In this document: positions 29,522 to 43,660 of the stretch, one piece after another | Numbering within the stretch: the stretch's first letter is position 1 | Layout of the letters: every line of letters begins with the position of its first letter | From: the human T2T-CHM13v2.0 reference genome, Homo sapiens | Direction: 5' to 3' (one strand) | Assembly: GCF_009914755.1 (NCBI RefSeq) | Contig: NC_060942.1 | Length of the DNA stretch: 64,000 nt | Program-made: the position numbers and the translations under genes | The notes under the pieces: generated by a model | Database searches by the model: none | What the model was told of the DNA's origin: nothing | The model's input: only the letters and a program-made list of their open reading frames with translations

Positions 29522-32500
29522 ACATTAAACTCTCTGCCTTCATAATTGTCTTTAACAACTGCTTCTGGCTCTACCCAAAACTGAATTCCTGAACTATTCT
29601 GATGACCAGAAAGAGAAATCATAGGATTTTTTTTTTTTTTACTTATCCCCAAATCTCAGGTATTGAAGTTTTTATTTACTTTCATTGCATAGTCACTTGC
29701 CCTAGCAACCTTGTAATTATATTTACCAGTGATTCTACTTCATTTTCCATACTGGAACCAGGCATCTGTTTTAAAGAATGAAAATTTCTTTCTTGCTTCA
29801 AATTTTCTGTTAGTACCCTGTTTCTCATTGCCTTTGGGGCTCTAGCCTCAAATGTTTTATTAGCCTCATTGCCTACCTCTTCTCACACTGTTTATGCTCC
29901 TGCTACCCGCTCTGTAGATGCGCCAGGGACTTTTAGCATACCCTTTCTTCCTTGAGTTTTCTTCACCTAGTGTCATTTCTTTGTGAATTCTTATACATAT
30001 TTCAAGACCCAATTCAAATATTTCCTTCTTGTGAAATTGTCTTTGACATGTATTTCTTCCTCTTCCCATCCTAAGAAGAGCTGATTTTTCTCCATATGTG
30101 AACTATTTTCACTTATTCATTGATAAATCTGTATTTTCATTATGGCTATTAGATTCTCTAGTGTAAAGTCCTTGTGTTTCCCTACCTTCATTTTTATTTT
30201 CTTTGCCTAGAATAACTATCATTCAAAAAAGTTAAATGAATAAATTTTTCCTCCTGCCTTCGCCATGCTCAGAGAACAGCCCTACCATTCTGTGTTTTAA
30301 CTGAAAACTACTCTTGATTTTCTCTCCATTAAGTACTGTCTTTAAAAAAATATATAGATCAGTGATTTTCAGACTTTTAGAAAAGCGGTATCCTTTCTTC
30401 AAATGAAAACTTCTGTAAAACATGTGGACATGTGTGTGCATGCATGCATACACACAACCACATAGAGGTAAGGATGGGGAGGGTAGAGGTCTCCCTTCTG
30501 GCACTTCTAAGGAAGTACTAGGGCTCCCAGTAGCACGGTTTTACATCATTGGCCTCATTGCTACCTTCATTCACCGAGTCCCTCCAAGTCATTCTTTACA
30601 TTGCTACAGGAGAGCCCTTTCTAAACACAAATAAAATTAAGATATTTTCTGTGCTTAAATTTATTTAATGACTCCCTCAGTTTACATATAAACTTTTTGG
30701 AAGCTAAGGGTATGTCTTTGTACTTTTGTGTCTCTAATCTCTGGTATAGGGCTTGTTGCATAATAGCCTGGAGGCTCCTTGAGTGTTTAGTATAATGAGG
30801 GAACATTGCACTGTTTCCTATACCATTGCACAGTTATTATACCTATTGCACGGTTATGTTTACCATTTTAATGGCTTGCTTTACTTATATTGGCAATGCC
30901 AGCCTCTCTGTTACTCAGATCTATCCCACCCTTCATGCCCAATACACATCTTAACATCCCCTTTTTAAAGCCATCAACTTCAGCAGCCTTCATCAGTTTC
31001 CCTTTGATTTCCAAAGCAGCTTGCTGTTATAAATAACAACAGGTGTAAGGTACTGAATGTAGTGAGTGCACTGTTTTTGTCACCACTTGATGATGTAACC
31101 TCTGCCTAGGTGATCCTAGCCAAAAAAAAAAAAAAAAAAAAATTCATGAAGGATTTCAAAGGTACCTTCTTATCTAAAAGAACATACTTTAAGCACAGTT
31201 CTGAGATATGTAATTCTGCTTATAGTTTGAGTTTCTAAATCAGCCAGAGGTTATAATGTTAAGCTTTGCTTTAGTACAGTTGTGTATCAAAACGGTTTTT
31301 TCTTTGTTTCATAACAATTTATAGGTTGAACAACATAGTCTTTGGTTTTTTTGTGTCTTTTGAAACCAAAATTGGTGTTGTCAGCTCATATCCTGCAAAT
31401 CTCACAGAAATTTTTGAAAAAATACATGCAGTAATTAGAAGCATCAGGCTTGATTTTTTAAATGATGGATCAATTTTTAGATATTTTTGGGAAAGAGAAA
31501 TAATAAAGCTTTATGCTATCCCATTAATATTCTATTGATACAGTACACTTCCTGTTTTCTATTTTACTTACATATTTTTCAGTAAATGTTTCCCTTTTGT
31601 TGCTTTCAGAATTGCTAATAATTACATTTTATATGAGAGCAGTTTTCTAAAAAAAAAAAATACTAGTTAGGAAAAAATGTATTTCATTTGTTCATAAACA
31701 AAGATCAAAACTCGTGTTACCAAATAATTCTTACATTGTTATTTGAGCTTGAAGACATTCTGCTTATTTTAAATTATATTTTTATTTCTCTAATTACTTT
31801 GTGGACTTTAATAAACTAACTTTATTGTTTTTGATAAATTGAAGTGGTCTTTATTCAGAATAAGGGATAAATTTCTTACAGAAAGGCTTTTCTACAAGAC
31901 ATCTATACTGTTAATTTCATATTTTTGATGTTATTGCAGAAGGAAAAGTGGATACTGTGTCTTTAATGGAAAGCAAAAGGTTATCTTTCTATGGCCTTTG
32001 TGTGTATGTGCTGATGTGGATGTAGGCAGCCAGACAGGCAATGTGTGCAGAGAGACTAGGGAACCGGCTGTGGATCGATAGAAGTGGTGTGAAGTGAATT
32101 AATGTGAGGCAGGCTGTCTGTCTGTCATAAGGATTGTGGGGAATGTGGGGCAGTGTTGGTCAGTCACTGCAGAGATCTGCTTCCAATAAATTCAGGCCTT
32201 CTGCCTGAAAAGAAACTGTAGATACTCACATACTCCCTTATTGTTAAATTTTACCTCATTCACAGTAAATGTTCATATCAAATTATTGCCTCCAGTGTAC
32301 TTTAATTGGACGACTGGAAAACCAGTTGTGAGGAACTGATGAAATAAAAATATCTGCCATTCTTTTGGATCTATTTTTCAATCTCAGTGGAAATCTATAT
32401 TACTGAGAATGAGAAATAGAATTTTTGTTAATATTTATAAATATCTTTCTCCATTCTTAGTCCTAGCAATGTTTATCACTACCATCTAATCTTCAATAAA

Positions 32501-35500
32501 AAAATGAAACTATAATGAACTGAAGTGGTTTTATATTTCCATATTGGTTAAAGTGCTGGTTTTTACATGTTACTATATTAAAAATTAGTATTTTGTTCTC
32601 GCATTTCATGTTAATCACATGACACTGTAGTCTTGTGAGTTCATGTTATTTATTATTACTCAGATATTGTTAGCCAGTTGGAAAAAAATTCATAAAGGTA
32701 ATTTACAAGCTTATGAAAGATAATTTTTAGAATACTATACCCAATTTTACTGGTGGGGCTAGTTGAGTGTAGTTTAATTCCATTGATTTTGAAGATGGCA
32801 TATCCATATTTATATTTTAAAAAACTTCTGAAGTGGCTTAAAAAATATTGCATAAAATTGGGAAGTTTTATGTATATAGATTTTTCGTAATGAAGAGTTA
32901 TCTAAGCGTTTAGAAATCTAGATGGCGTGAGGATCTCATAGTCTTTCTTGTCCTCTAATTCTCACTTCTACTAGCTACAACCCTCCCACTTCCCTTTTAC
33001 TGTTGTGTCCAGACTTACTCATACCAGCTTGCTGCCCCACTCCATTCCCCCTCTGCCCCCATTTTCCTCCTGATGCATGATATAAAACTCATTTATTGAG
33101 AACTGTTGTTTGGTATAATGTACATTGGTTTTTTATTTTGTGAAATCTGGATTTGGATACTCACTGGTTTTTTACCTGCCTCATGTCTTTCTGTTAATTG
33201 TATTTCTTTTTTATTATATCTCTTTACTCTCCTTATTTCCTTATTATTCTTTTTATCATATCTCTTTCCCCAAAGTACCCTTACTGTTATTTTCTAGTAT
33301 ATTTAAATAACGCAATTTGTGCCATGAGATAAAGTATTCAGTATTTATTGAACCTTTATGAGATTTTCATCACTGTCAAATATTTTGGAAATACTCAGAA
33401 AGTAAGTAAACCGTAGCTTGTGTGGTATAATTTGACAAATAAGCTCACTTATGTCAAGTACAAAAGAATATACCAAAATATCACCATATAATTAATTGAC
33501 AATATTTATAACTTTGATATACAAAATACCCTGAAATTTCCATAAATATATTTTCCTAGTGGACTCTTATTTTTTTTTGCAAGGATATTTCATTTTCTTT
33601 GGTAGTGGATAGTACACAAAGGCTAAGCTTTTTGTAGCAGGGAGAACTAAAACTATTTTTTCTAGTCTCTGTGTTTTGTTGAAAATAGCATTGTATTCTG
33701 GCATAGTCTTCAATTCTCTTTTGTGACAGTGATGTAGTGCCTTCTATTGTATGTTTTTTTAACAAGCTAAGTTTTTGGAAGTATATATATATATAGTAAA
33801 ATGCACACTTTTAAACATATTGTTCTATGAGTTTTAAACACATGTAAATAGTCATGGTATAGATTATTTTCACTGTTCTAAAAATTTTGCTTTACCTCTT
33901 TATAGTCAATCCTTTTGTCACACTCCTAACCCCTGGCAACCACTGATTTCATTTTTGTTTTGCCTTTTACAGAAAGTCTACTGTTATCTCGATCCATTAA
34001 CATAAGGTCCTGATAGAACTAAATAATGTAGAAAGTAGAAATAGCCAGGTTTATGGCTGGGAATTTTAAAAAATATTATTCCTTCTTTTGCAGATAATGA
34101 CTACCTTGCTTAGAAGTATTAAATAATGGTTTTTAATAGTCTTCTACCATAACTATATGGCTGAAAACTTCAAAAGTTAAAAGCACCTATCAGATTTTCC
34201 TTAAAGCAAATGGTTAAAATTAGTTTTAAATGAGCTGTGCCATTTGGATTTGAGAGTTGAGTGTGGTAATTTGGGCTGTCCATTCTCAGTTTCTCCTACC
34301 CCTTTACTGTCTTCCAAAAAGGTTAGAAATCGCAAGTAGTCTGTTGCTATCACAGTGCCCTGTATTATGGGAGTTAAGAATATTTTGCTGATCTTTAAAA
34401 AATGAAATATATATATAATTTTGAAGTAAACAAGTCAATCACTTCTTATTGATTGGGAACAAAATAATACAGAAATTTTGACTGAGGATTAATATAGTTA
34501 CAAATATGGTCAACATAAAGAATATAGTTTAATTTTTAAAAATTTTAAGTAGAAAATTATGCCTTTCTGAAACAAAATATTTGTGGCGAATTTTGCTTTC
34601 TTATTGTATAAATGTTCTATGTGACTCTTTTCCTCCCTTTTTTTCTTCAGCTATATGGCAGAAAAAAGTATCAAGAGAGTACACTGAGGTGGCATGGATA
34701 CCTTGGTTGATCTGGAATGTTAGAAAACCAAACTTTTAAAAATTTAGCTTTATTGACACGTAATTCACTTAATATTAAATTCAACCTTGAAAGTGTACAA
34801 TTCAGTGGTTTTTTAAGCTGATTTAGAGTTGTACAAGCATCTCCACAATCAACTTCAGGACAGTTTCAAACACCCCAAAGTGAAACCTCAGCCCCCATTA
34901 GCATTACTCCATGTTCTGTCCACCCACCTCAGCCCTAGGCCAATCTACACATTTACTTTCTGTCTCCATAGGTTTGCTTCTTCTAGACATTTCATGTAAA
35001 TGGAATCATAAGGCATGTAATGTTTTGCGACTTCTTTTATTTAGCGTTAAAATTGTTAATATTTATTCATGCCATAGCATGTATTGGAACTTCATTTCTT
35101 TGTATTGCTATATAATATTCTATTGTATGAATTTATCATTTATTCATCAGTTGATGAACATTTGGATACTTTCCACTTTTTGGCTTTTATGAATAATGCT
35201 GCTGTGAATGTTCGTGTAGATGCTTTTGTGTGGACATATGTTTTCATTCGCTAGTACTAAAATTGCTGGGTCACATGGTAACTCTATGTTTAACTTTCTG
35301 AGGAAATGCCAGATTGTTTGTTTACTCTTGAGTTTTGAGAGTTCCTTAAATAGTCCAGGTACTAATTACTTGTTGGACGTGTGATTTGTGAATCTTTTCT
35401 CTCGTTTTGGAGCTTGTCTTTTCATCTTCTTAATAGGGCCTTTGTAGAACAAAAGTCTAAAAATTTTAATGAAGCCCACTTTGCCAATTTTTTCTTTTGT

Positions 35501-36381
35501 GGATTGTGCTTTTGGTATCAAGTCTAAACTTACATTTCAGAGATTTTCTCCTGAGTTTTTTTGGAAAAATTTTATACTTTTATGTATTAGATTTCAGTCC
35601 ATGATCTACTTTGAGTTACTATTTATATAAATTATGAGCCTTAGATCAAGGTTCATTTTTTTTGCTTATGGATGTTCAGTTGTTCTAGCCCTGTTTTGAA
35701 GAGATTATCCTTCCCCCATCGAATTGGTTTTGCACCTCTGTCTAAAATCATTTTGGCAGATTGGTGTTTGTCTGTTTCTTGGTTCTCTATTCTGTTACAT
35801 TAACATAATGTTTATTACTTTGCCAAAGTCACATGGTTTTAATAACTTTATATGTCTTAAAATGGGGTAAAATGACTTTTTTCTACTTTATTCAGTTTCA
35901 GAATTGTTTTGTCCTAATTCCTTTGTCTTTCATATAATTTTAGAATACTTTTGTTGATATCTACAAAAAACTTACTGGGATTTTGTTAGAAATTGCATTA
36001 AATCTGTATATCAGTCAATTTGTGGAGATTTGGCGTCTTTCCTGTTTTGAATCTTCCGATTCCATGAACACAGTGTAATTCTGTTTCATTTGTTTAGATC
36101 TCCTTTGATTTCTTTCATCAGTGTTTTGTAGTTGTCAGCATACAAGACCTGTTTGTGGTTTTTCAGATTTACATCTAAGTATTTTAGTTTTTATAATTAC
36201 TGTTAATAGTATTATGGCTTTAAAAAAATTAGGTGTCCATTGTTCATTACTAACATATAGAAATAGAATCGATGTTTTCCATGTTTTTTTCTTATATTTT
36301 GCAGCCTTGCTGAACTAACTTATTAGTTTCGATAATTCCTCTGTATTTCCCTGTAAACAATCATTTTATCTTTGAGTGGGG

Positions 36382-37191
36382 TGTATTAGAGTTCTCCAGA
36401 GAAACAGAACCAAAAGAATAGATAGAGAGAACAGGGGACTTATTAGGGGAATTGGCTCATGCAATTGGCTCATGCAATTGCAAAGGCTGGAATGTCCCAG
36501 GATAGGCCATCTGTAAGTGGGAGACCCAGCGAAGCTGGTGGTGGGGCTCAGTTTAAGTCTAAAATCCTCAGAATCAGGGAAGCCAAGGGTGTAATTCTCA
36601 GTCCATGGCCAAAGCCCTGAGAACCTACAGGGTTGCTGGGTGTAAGTCCTGGAGTCCAAAGGCTAGAGAACCTGAAGTTCTGATGTCCAAGGGCAGAAGA
36701 AAAAGGATATCCCAGCTCCAGGAGTGAGAATTTGCTTTTTCTCTGCTCTTTTGTTCAGCGAGGGCCCCCAGATAATTGAATGGTGTCTGCCCACATTGAG
36801 TGCCGATTTTTCCCACTCAGTACACTGACTCACACACCAGTCTCCCAGGAAACACCGTCACACACATAACCAGAGGTAATACTTTACCGGCTCTCTAGGT
36901 ATCCCTTAATCCAATCAAGTTGACACTTAATCATAGGTGGGAATTGAACAATGAGATCACATGGACACAGGAAGGGGAATATCACACTCTGGGGACTGTG
37001 GTGGGGTCGGGGGAGGGGGGAGGGATAGCATTGGGAGATATACCTAATGCTAGATGACACGTTAGTGGGTGCAGCGCACCAGCATGGCACATGTATACAT
37101 ATGTAACTAACCTGCACAATGTGCACATGTACCCTAAAACTTAGAGTATAATAAAAAAAAAAAACATTAAAAAAAAAAATTAACCATCACA
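36382..37191 (-). mobile_element. MLT2-family (ERV-L) solo LTR, split by an L1HS
   Basis: Starts tgtattagagttctccagagaaacagaacc and ends aatccaatcaagttgacacttaa/ /ttaaccatcaca. 5-bp TSD tgggg / taggg. Confidence 0.85.
36931..37179 (+). mobile_element. 5'-truncated L1HS, pre-Ta type
   Basis: Near-consensus L1HS 3'UTR with gatgacACGttagtggg (ACG at 37059-37061), aaaacttaGagtataat (G at 37144), and a poly-A tail. Confidence 0.9.
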
Positions 37192-38548
37192 TAGGGCAAT
37201 TACATCGTTCTTTCTAAACTGTGTGTATGTGTGTGTATTTTCTTGCTTTGTGGCATTGGGTAGAACTTCCAATGATATGTTAAGTAAGAGTGGTGAGTGT
37301 GACTATCTTTGCCATATTCCTGATCATAGGGCAAAAGCATTCAGACTTTCACCATTAAGTGTAATGTTAGTTGTAGGCTTTTAGTAGATGCTGTTTATCA
37401 AGTTCCTCTGTATTCTTATTTTCTTAGAGGTTTTTTTTTTCTTTTTTAAATCATGAATGGATGTTGAATTTTGTCAAATGATTGATATGAGCAGGAATTC
37501 TTTTTTTTCTTCTTCTTCAGCCTGTTAATATTTTGGATCTTAATTGATCCATTTTGGCCAGTTGAACCCCTTTCATGCTGTGAATAAACCCTACTTGGTC
37601 ATGGTATATAATTCTTTTCATATGTTGCTGTATCCTATTTGCTTTTATTTTTGTTATGAATTCTGGAGACTATCTTTATGAGAGATACTGGTCTGTAGTT
37701 TTCTTTTCTTTGTATTTTTTTTTCTGGTGAGGATTTTATAACCCTTACTAAGTTTTGGAAAGCATCAATCAAAGAACCAGTTTTAGCACAACTCCCTGGT
37801 CTTTCAGCCTCAGTTACTTTGAGATGTACTTGTTTGTTCCTTAAGCTCTGTTCCAAAATCCTGAATTCCCTTGGTTGAATAGTTAACTGGCACAGCACAG
37901 GAGCTCTATGGAATGCTTGGTAGTATTTATAATCAGTATTGTGTGATTCTGTGGTTTCTCAAGGTTATGCTGTGATGTTCTGTGACACCTCCCACCCTGT
38001 CCCCAGGAGCTTAGTCCCTGGAAAGACTTGGTGGTAAATTGATATTGAAGTTTGAAATCAAAAGACCTACGTCTCAATTCTGGTTCCTGAATTTAGTAGC
38101 CATATTATGTTGAACAATTACTTAGCCTCTCTGATTAAATGAGATAAATGTAAATGGATCCATAAACTTGTTACTACATAAATGCCAGCTTTATTTTCAT
38201 TGATCCCTTAATTTTGTAGGAAATGAAAATACTAATGCTGATTGTTACTATCCAAACTATTTAATATTTTTTCAATGTTTCTCTGATCATTTTAAAAATT
38301 ATCAAGTTCTAAGCAAGAAATGGAGACTCAGATATTTCAAAGATTTATATATTGATTTAATATGAAATAATGATTTTTGATTTTGTATTTGAGCAGTATC
38401 TATTTAGGAATGTGATGTTTACCTTCTCATCTCCTCTCTGTGATTATTTTACTGATAGCTATCTTTAATAAAGTAATATTATTTTTCTAGTACATCCCCT
38501 TCTTTATGTTAAAATTGATCATATAAATCTAACAAAGTGCTTCTGTAA

Positions 38549-38786
38549 GTTAAACATTGAGTACAGATGGACACAAAGAAGGGAACAACAGACACCGGGG
38601 TGTACTTGAGGGTGGAGAGTGGTAGGATGGTAAGGACTGAAAAACTACTTCTTGGGTACTATGCTTATTACCTGCGTAATGAAATAATTTGTACACTAAA
38701 CCCCCACGACGTGCAATTTACCTATATAGCAAACCTGCACATGTACCCCTGAACCTAAAATAAAAGTTAAAAATTAAAAAAAAAAA
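38549..38786 (+). mobile_element. L1 3' end (L1PA15/16-like)
   Basis: atggacacaaagaagggaacaacagacac...aaacctgcacatgtacccctgaacctaaaataaaag plus A tail. TSD-like tgcttctg on both sides. Confidence 0.85.
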
Positions 38787-39985
38787 TGCTTCTGCAAAGT
38801 GGTGAGTTTGTCATTTTTTATTCATCAGGGATCATTCTTTAGCATTATTATTATTATTATTTAAAGCAACTCTGAATAAGTAGTGGTACCAAAATGGTGC
38901 GTTTTAGTCCACAAGTTTAAATCCTTAGAGCTTGGAACTGCCTACTGGTAGGTCCATTTCTGGATCTGTTACGGTGGTTTGTGACTAAGGTTCTTCCTCT
39001 TTTGGTGCCTTTGGTTAACCGGAGGTAGCAAGGCTGAATTTCACATAAATGTTTAAGTTAATACCCCTTGTTAGAAAAGAAGTCCTTGAACTAAAGAAGT
39101 GTTTGGTCTTTAAAATATTTAAATGGATTCTATGTAGGCAGTTATTGATACCCTTTTAAGATGATTTGGTTAGAAAGTTTAACTCCTAGAGTAGCTTCTA
39201 ATGGGGAAATTTTTATATTATCATGATTGAGAAATACCTTTTGATAACCATGTGAAAAATATCGATGCACCCTAGTATCTGTTGTGAAATTGAGAAATAA
39301 TGTGACAGATGCAAGATGACAACAAATATGTATCATCAAAGATGAAATGATAGATATGTAAGGAAAAGACATTTGTGTGAGCTGGCAAATTCTCAGGCGA
39401 TTTACAGAATGGAAGCTTTTGGCCTCTGAACTTCTTTGCCTGTCTGCTTTCAGTTAATTTCTTTCATTGTGATAATTATGTGACCTTATATCGAATTCCT
39501 TCATAGAGGGAGATGTTATACTTTTTTTGGGTAGTGTGTTTCAGGTCCGTTACTTAGCCCCAGGGCACAAATTCTTCTGTCTTCATCTTTCCTCCCAACT
39601 CCCAAGTTATAAACAAACTAACATTAAAAAGAAGTAAACTTTTAAAACAATCCACACTTTCCTCTTTGTTGAATAATTGTCAAAATCAGCCAAAGTAACT
39701 GTAGCAAAAACCTTGAAAGGAATCGAGTAAAAAATGTAATACTTCAGCATCCTGTTTCTGTTTTTCCCAGATCTTGGTTAAAAGTAAATACAGTACATAC
39801 CCATGTACATATATACATGCAAATAAATAGAGCACACGTGAATGTTTTATTCATTGATTTGTGTCTCTAATTTTGGTGAACATATATATTTTTTAATGTA
39901 TTGTGTTTATGTCCATTAAGTAAATTAAAAATCTTCAAACTTTCTGTTTGCTTTACTTTTCATTTTTTGAAGTGAAGCCTTGTGA

Positions 39986-40132
<147 letters not shown>

Positions 40133-41034
40133 TAACGTCTGATTGGAGCTTTGTTTGATATTGCAAAATGTTTTCTAGGTTATTTGTGGTGGGATTAAGT
40201 ATTTCGACGGAAAGGATGGAAACTTGTACTGATGGTGTATTTAGTTTTATGAAACTGTTCAGTGTCCTCTTTAATTTTGAGGTGAAAAGAAGTGGAACTG
40301 TTTCTTTGGTCCAGGTTTGCTCATTGTAGTTCTAACAATAAACCTACTAGCTGTGCACTTGTTTTCTGGAGACCTTTTAATTCAGAATCTGCGATCATTG
40401 CTAAAGCCTTGGAATGTATAGAGGAATATACTCATTAAGTTTTGAAAGATTTTGCAACTATCAGGTAAACTAAAGAATACTAAAATTTAATCACAATATA
40501 TACAATATAAGCTGTATAGGAAGACTTACTCTTTATACCTATACTGTAGAAGTGAATGCTGCTTTTTAATTGTTGGGCCACTGAACATTCTTATCTGTAT
40601 TACCTTTCACATGAAGTGAAATTTAGGTGAAAAACATAAAGCAAATTTTAGGAAACTCACACACTATAAATGTTTAGCCCGTCTTTTTATACTCTTAAGG
40701 CAGTTTCAGTTACTGGATCTCCAAATACATTCAGCTCAATTTCTTTGAATGCACAGAGGTTAAAAATAACCTAGTATAAATACTTACATTGGTATTAAGA
40801 ATAATAAGCTTTTGTTTTGGGTGTGGGTGGTTAAAATTTAAAATTTGATCATAAAGTGTATAATTGTTGTGAAGCAACAAATATTAATTTAATAGTAAAA
40901 AATGTTAATTTACTACTAATCAATATTTTAGAAAGAAGTACGCCCAGAAAATATTAATTTAATAGTAATCAATAATTTAGAAAGAAGCATGCCCAGAAAA
41001 TAACAGAAAATTTTTAACAAAAATTAAAGGGAGG

Positions 41035-41330
41035 GCTGGACACAGTGGCTCACACCTGTAATCCCAGCACTTTGGGAGGCCGAGGTGGGCAGATCACCTG
41101 AGGTCAGGAGTTTGAGACCAGCCTGGCCAACATGGCAAAATCCCGTCTCTACTAAAAATACAAAAATTAGCCAAGTGTGGTGGTGGGCGCCTGTCATTCC
41201 AGCTACTCGGGAGGCTGAGGCAGGAGAATCGCTTGACCTGGGAGGTGGAGGTTGCAGTGAGCCGAGATTGCACCTCTGCGCTCCAGCCTAGGCAACAGAG
41301 TGAGACTCTGTCTCAAAAAAAAAAAAAAAA
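41035..41330 (+). mobile_element. AluSx-like
   Basis: Full dimer with A tail. TSD aaaattaaa(g/a)ggag. Confidence 0.95.
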
Positions 41331-41719
41331 GAAAAATTAAAAGGAGAAAAGAAAGGGGAGATTTCCTCCTTCCCTCCCACCCTCCGTGATAGGTAGGTTA
41401 CTGTTACATGGGAAGAAGAAAGTCTAAGATCTCCCTTGAAAATTTACAAAGTGTATATTTAAAATACCTATAGCCTTGTGCCACTGCTGCCTAATATTGC
41501 CAGAGTTGGGGAACATCTGATTTTCAATAAAAATGAGATGATGATGGTGGCTATTACTTTTAAATTCTTTTTAGTGTGTAAGTTCATTGATGAAAAATAT
41601 TATCCAACCTAAATATGAACGATTTCAGGAACTTCTAATTTTTCTGATAGTCATTTAGCACTTTACAATTATAGAATTTGTTTTGGTAGCTGCTAAAGAA
41701 AATCTATTTTATTTGCAGA

Positions 41720-42097
<378 letters not shown>

Positions 42098-43559
42098 TAA
42101 TTCCCTGTAAAGTTTAAACACCTTCCAATCTATAAAAAGTAGTTGTTTAAGTCATAGCAAAAATAAATTTGCCTTTGCAATAGTAGAATAACTCAATTTG
42201 CATTCTGGAATAAAAGCTGAATTTTTGAGCAGTCAAGTAAGCATTATTAAATCAGTACATTGAAATTTTGAATTATGCACTACCAAAGTCATGAGATAGC
42301 ATTACAGTATATGATTTTTTAATTTTATTGTTAACAAAATCAAGAAACTAAGAATGCAAATCTAATTTGAAGAGTCTATTAATGCTACATACACTATATT
42401 TTAATCTGTAAGTTTGGTTAAACATATGTGACAAATGGCTTTTATCTGCTGATTTATCCATTTCCTGTCATGGGTACTAGAGGCAAGAATGTTCAATATC
42501 CGAAGAACTTAAATAACTAAAAAATGGCTTCCTTACCATGTTGTCAAAGCAACTAGTATGTTGCAGCCTGTAGATCGTTCGGGTTACCTTTAAATTGTGT
42601 GACTCGATTAAGCTATGGTATAGATTTTTGTGAGGGTTTAGAAGAAAACCATATTTCTTTTCATTGACTAGAATCCTATATAAATTGCATTATGAAAAAT
42701 ATGGTAGATGCATTGAGAGAAATCTGATTCAAGCACAATAATCTTGTTTTGGGGTAACTAGTGTTGTAGAGAGCCAGTACTACAAAAGGGAAAGCTGGCT
42801 AGTGCAGCCATTCAGGTGATTTTTCCAGTTATTTTAGAGGAATTGTTCTAATATTTCTTCATAAAATAAGTAGTAATTATATCATGACAGGTATTTGCCT
42901 GCATTTTCAGGGAATTCTTATTTGAAAGCTATAGTTAGGCTAATGTGTATAGTTGTATTACTTTTATTATTGTAGTAATCTGGATCTTAATTTCTAGAAA
43001 CAGTCTGAGCAAGATAACAATTAAAATATGAGGTATAATATAATGCTTTCACTAAAGGCAGAATACTTTTTGAAATTTTTCTTTTGGGTACAAATGGGTT
43101 AGGTATGAATACTGTTTTATGACAGTTGAATCTGAGCCTAGTAGCCTTTGTTAGCATTTGCCTTATCAAAGTAAAGACACATGGATTAAGCTGTACAAGT
43201 GTTGGCTATGATCAATTGGAACTAATTAAATTTATTTGAAGCGAAGAATCTTAACTGGAAGAGAACAGCTGGAAAGACTAGGAGGAAAAAAATTGGGTCT
43301 TGATTGATACAATTTAAATCTTCACTCTGTCATTTAAAAAATATGCTGCAGCTTCTTTCTCTATCTCTCTTTTTAAAGCTAATATCTATTGATCGGCTCT
43401 ACAGAGTAATGCCAGTGTGCCTTGGTCAACACACATACTCAGTTTTACTTAGCGTTCTGTCTTGAGGTTCATCAAATTCTTTCCTTTAACCATAGGTTTT
43501 AAATTATATATCATAGACATATTAGCCCTCTTGGCGGATTAATGTTGTTTTAAGTAGAA

Positions 43560-43660
43560 AAATATTAAAACCTATTTCATATTAAAACCTATTCAATATT
43601 CAAACCTATTACATTCAATATTAAACCTATTACATTCAATATTAAAACCTATTACAATAT
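43560..43660. repeat. AT-rich minisatellite (aatattaaaacctatt variants, about 5 copies)
   Basis: Repeated atatt(a/c)aa(a)cctatt units with short spacers. Confidence 0.8.

Larger units (their letters stand above)
34735..37730 (-). mobile_element. Old L1M (L1MB/MC-like), interrupted by MLT2 and L1HS
   Basis: Reverse L1M 3' end (aagtgtacaattcagtggtttt; gacatttcatgtaaatggaatcata) and ORF2 remnants that resume after 37196 (tagaacttccaatgatatgtt; ttcaccattaagtgtaatgttag). Confidence 0.8.

Noticed and set aside
31122-31142. Orphan A21 run as a processed pseudogene tail
   Set aside because: No TSD, nearby upstream poly(A) signal or recognisable retrocopied body.
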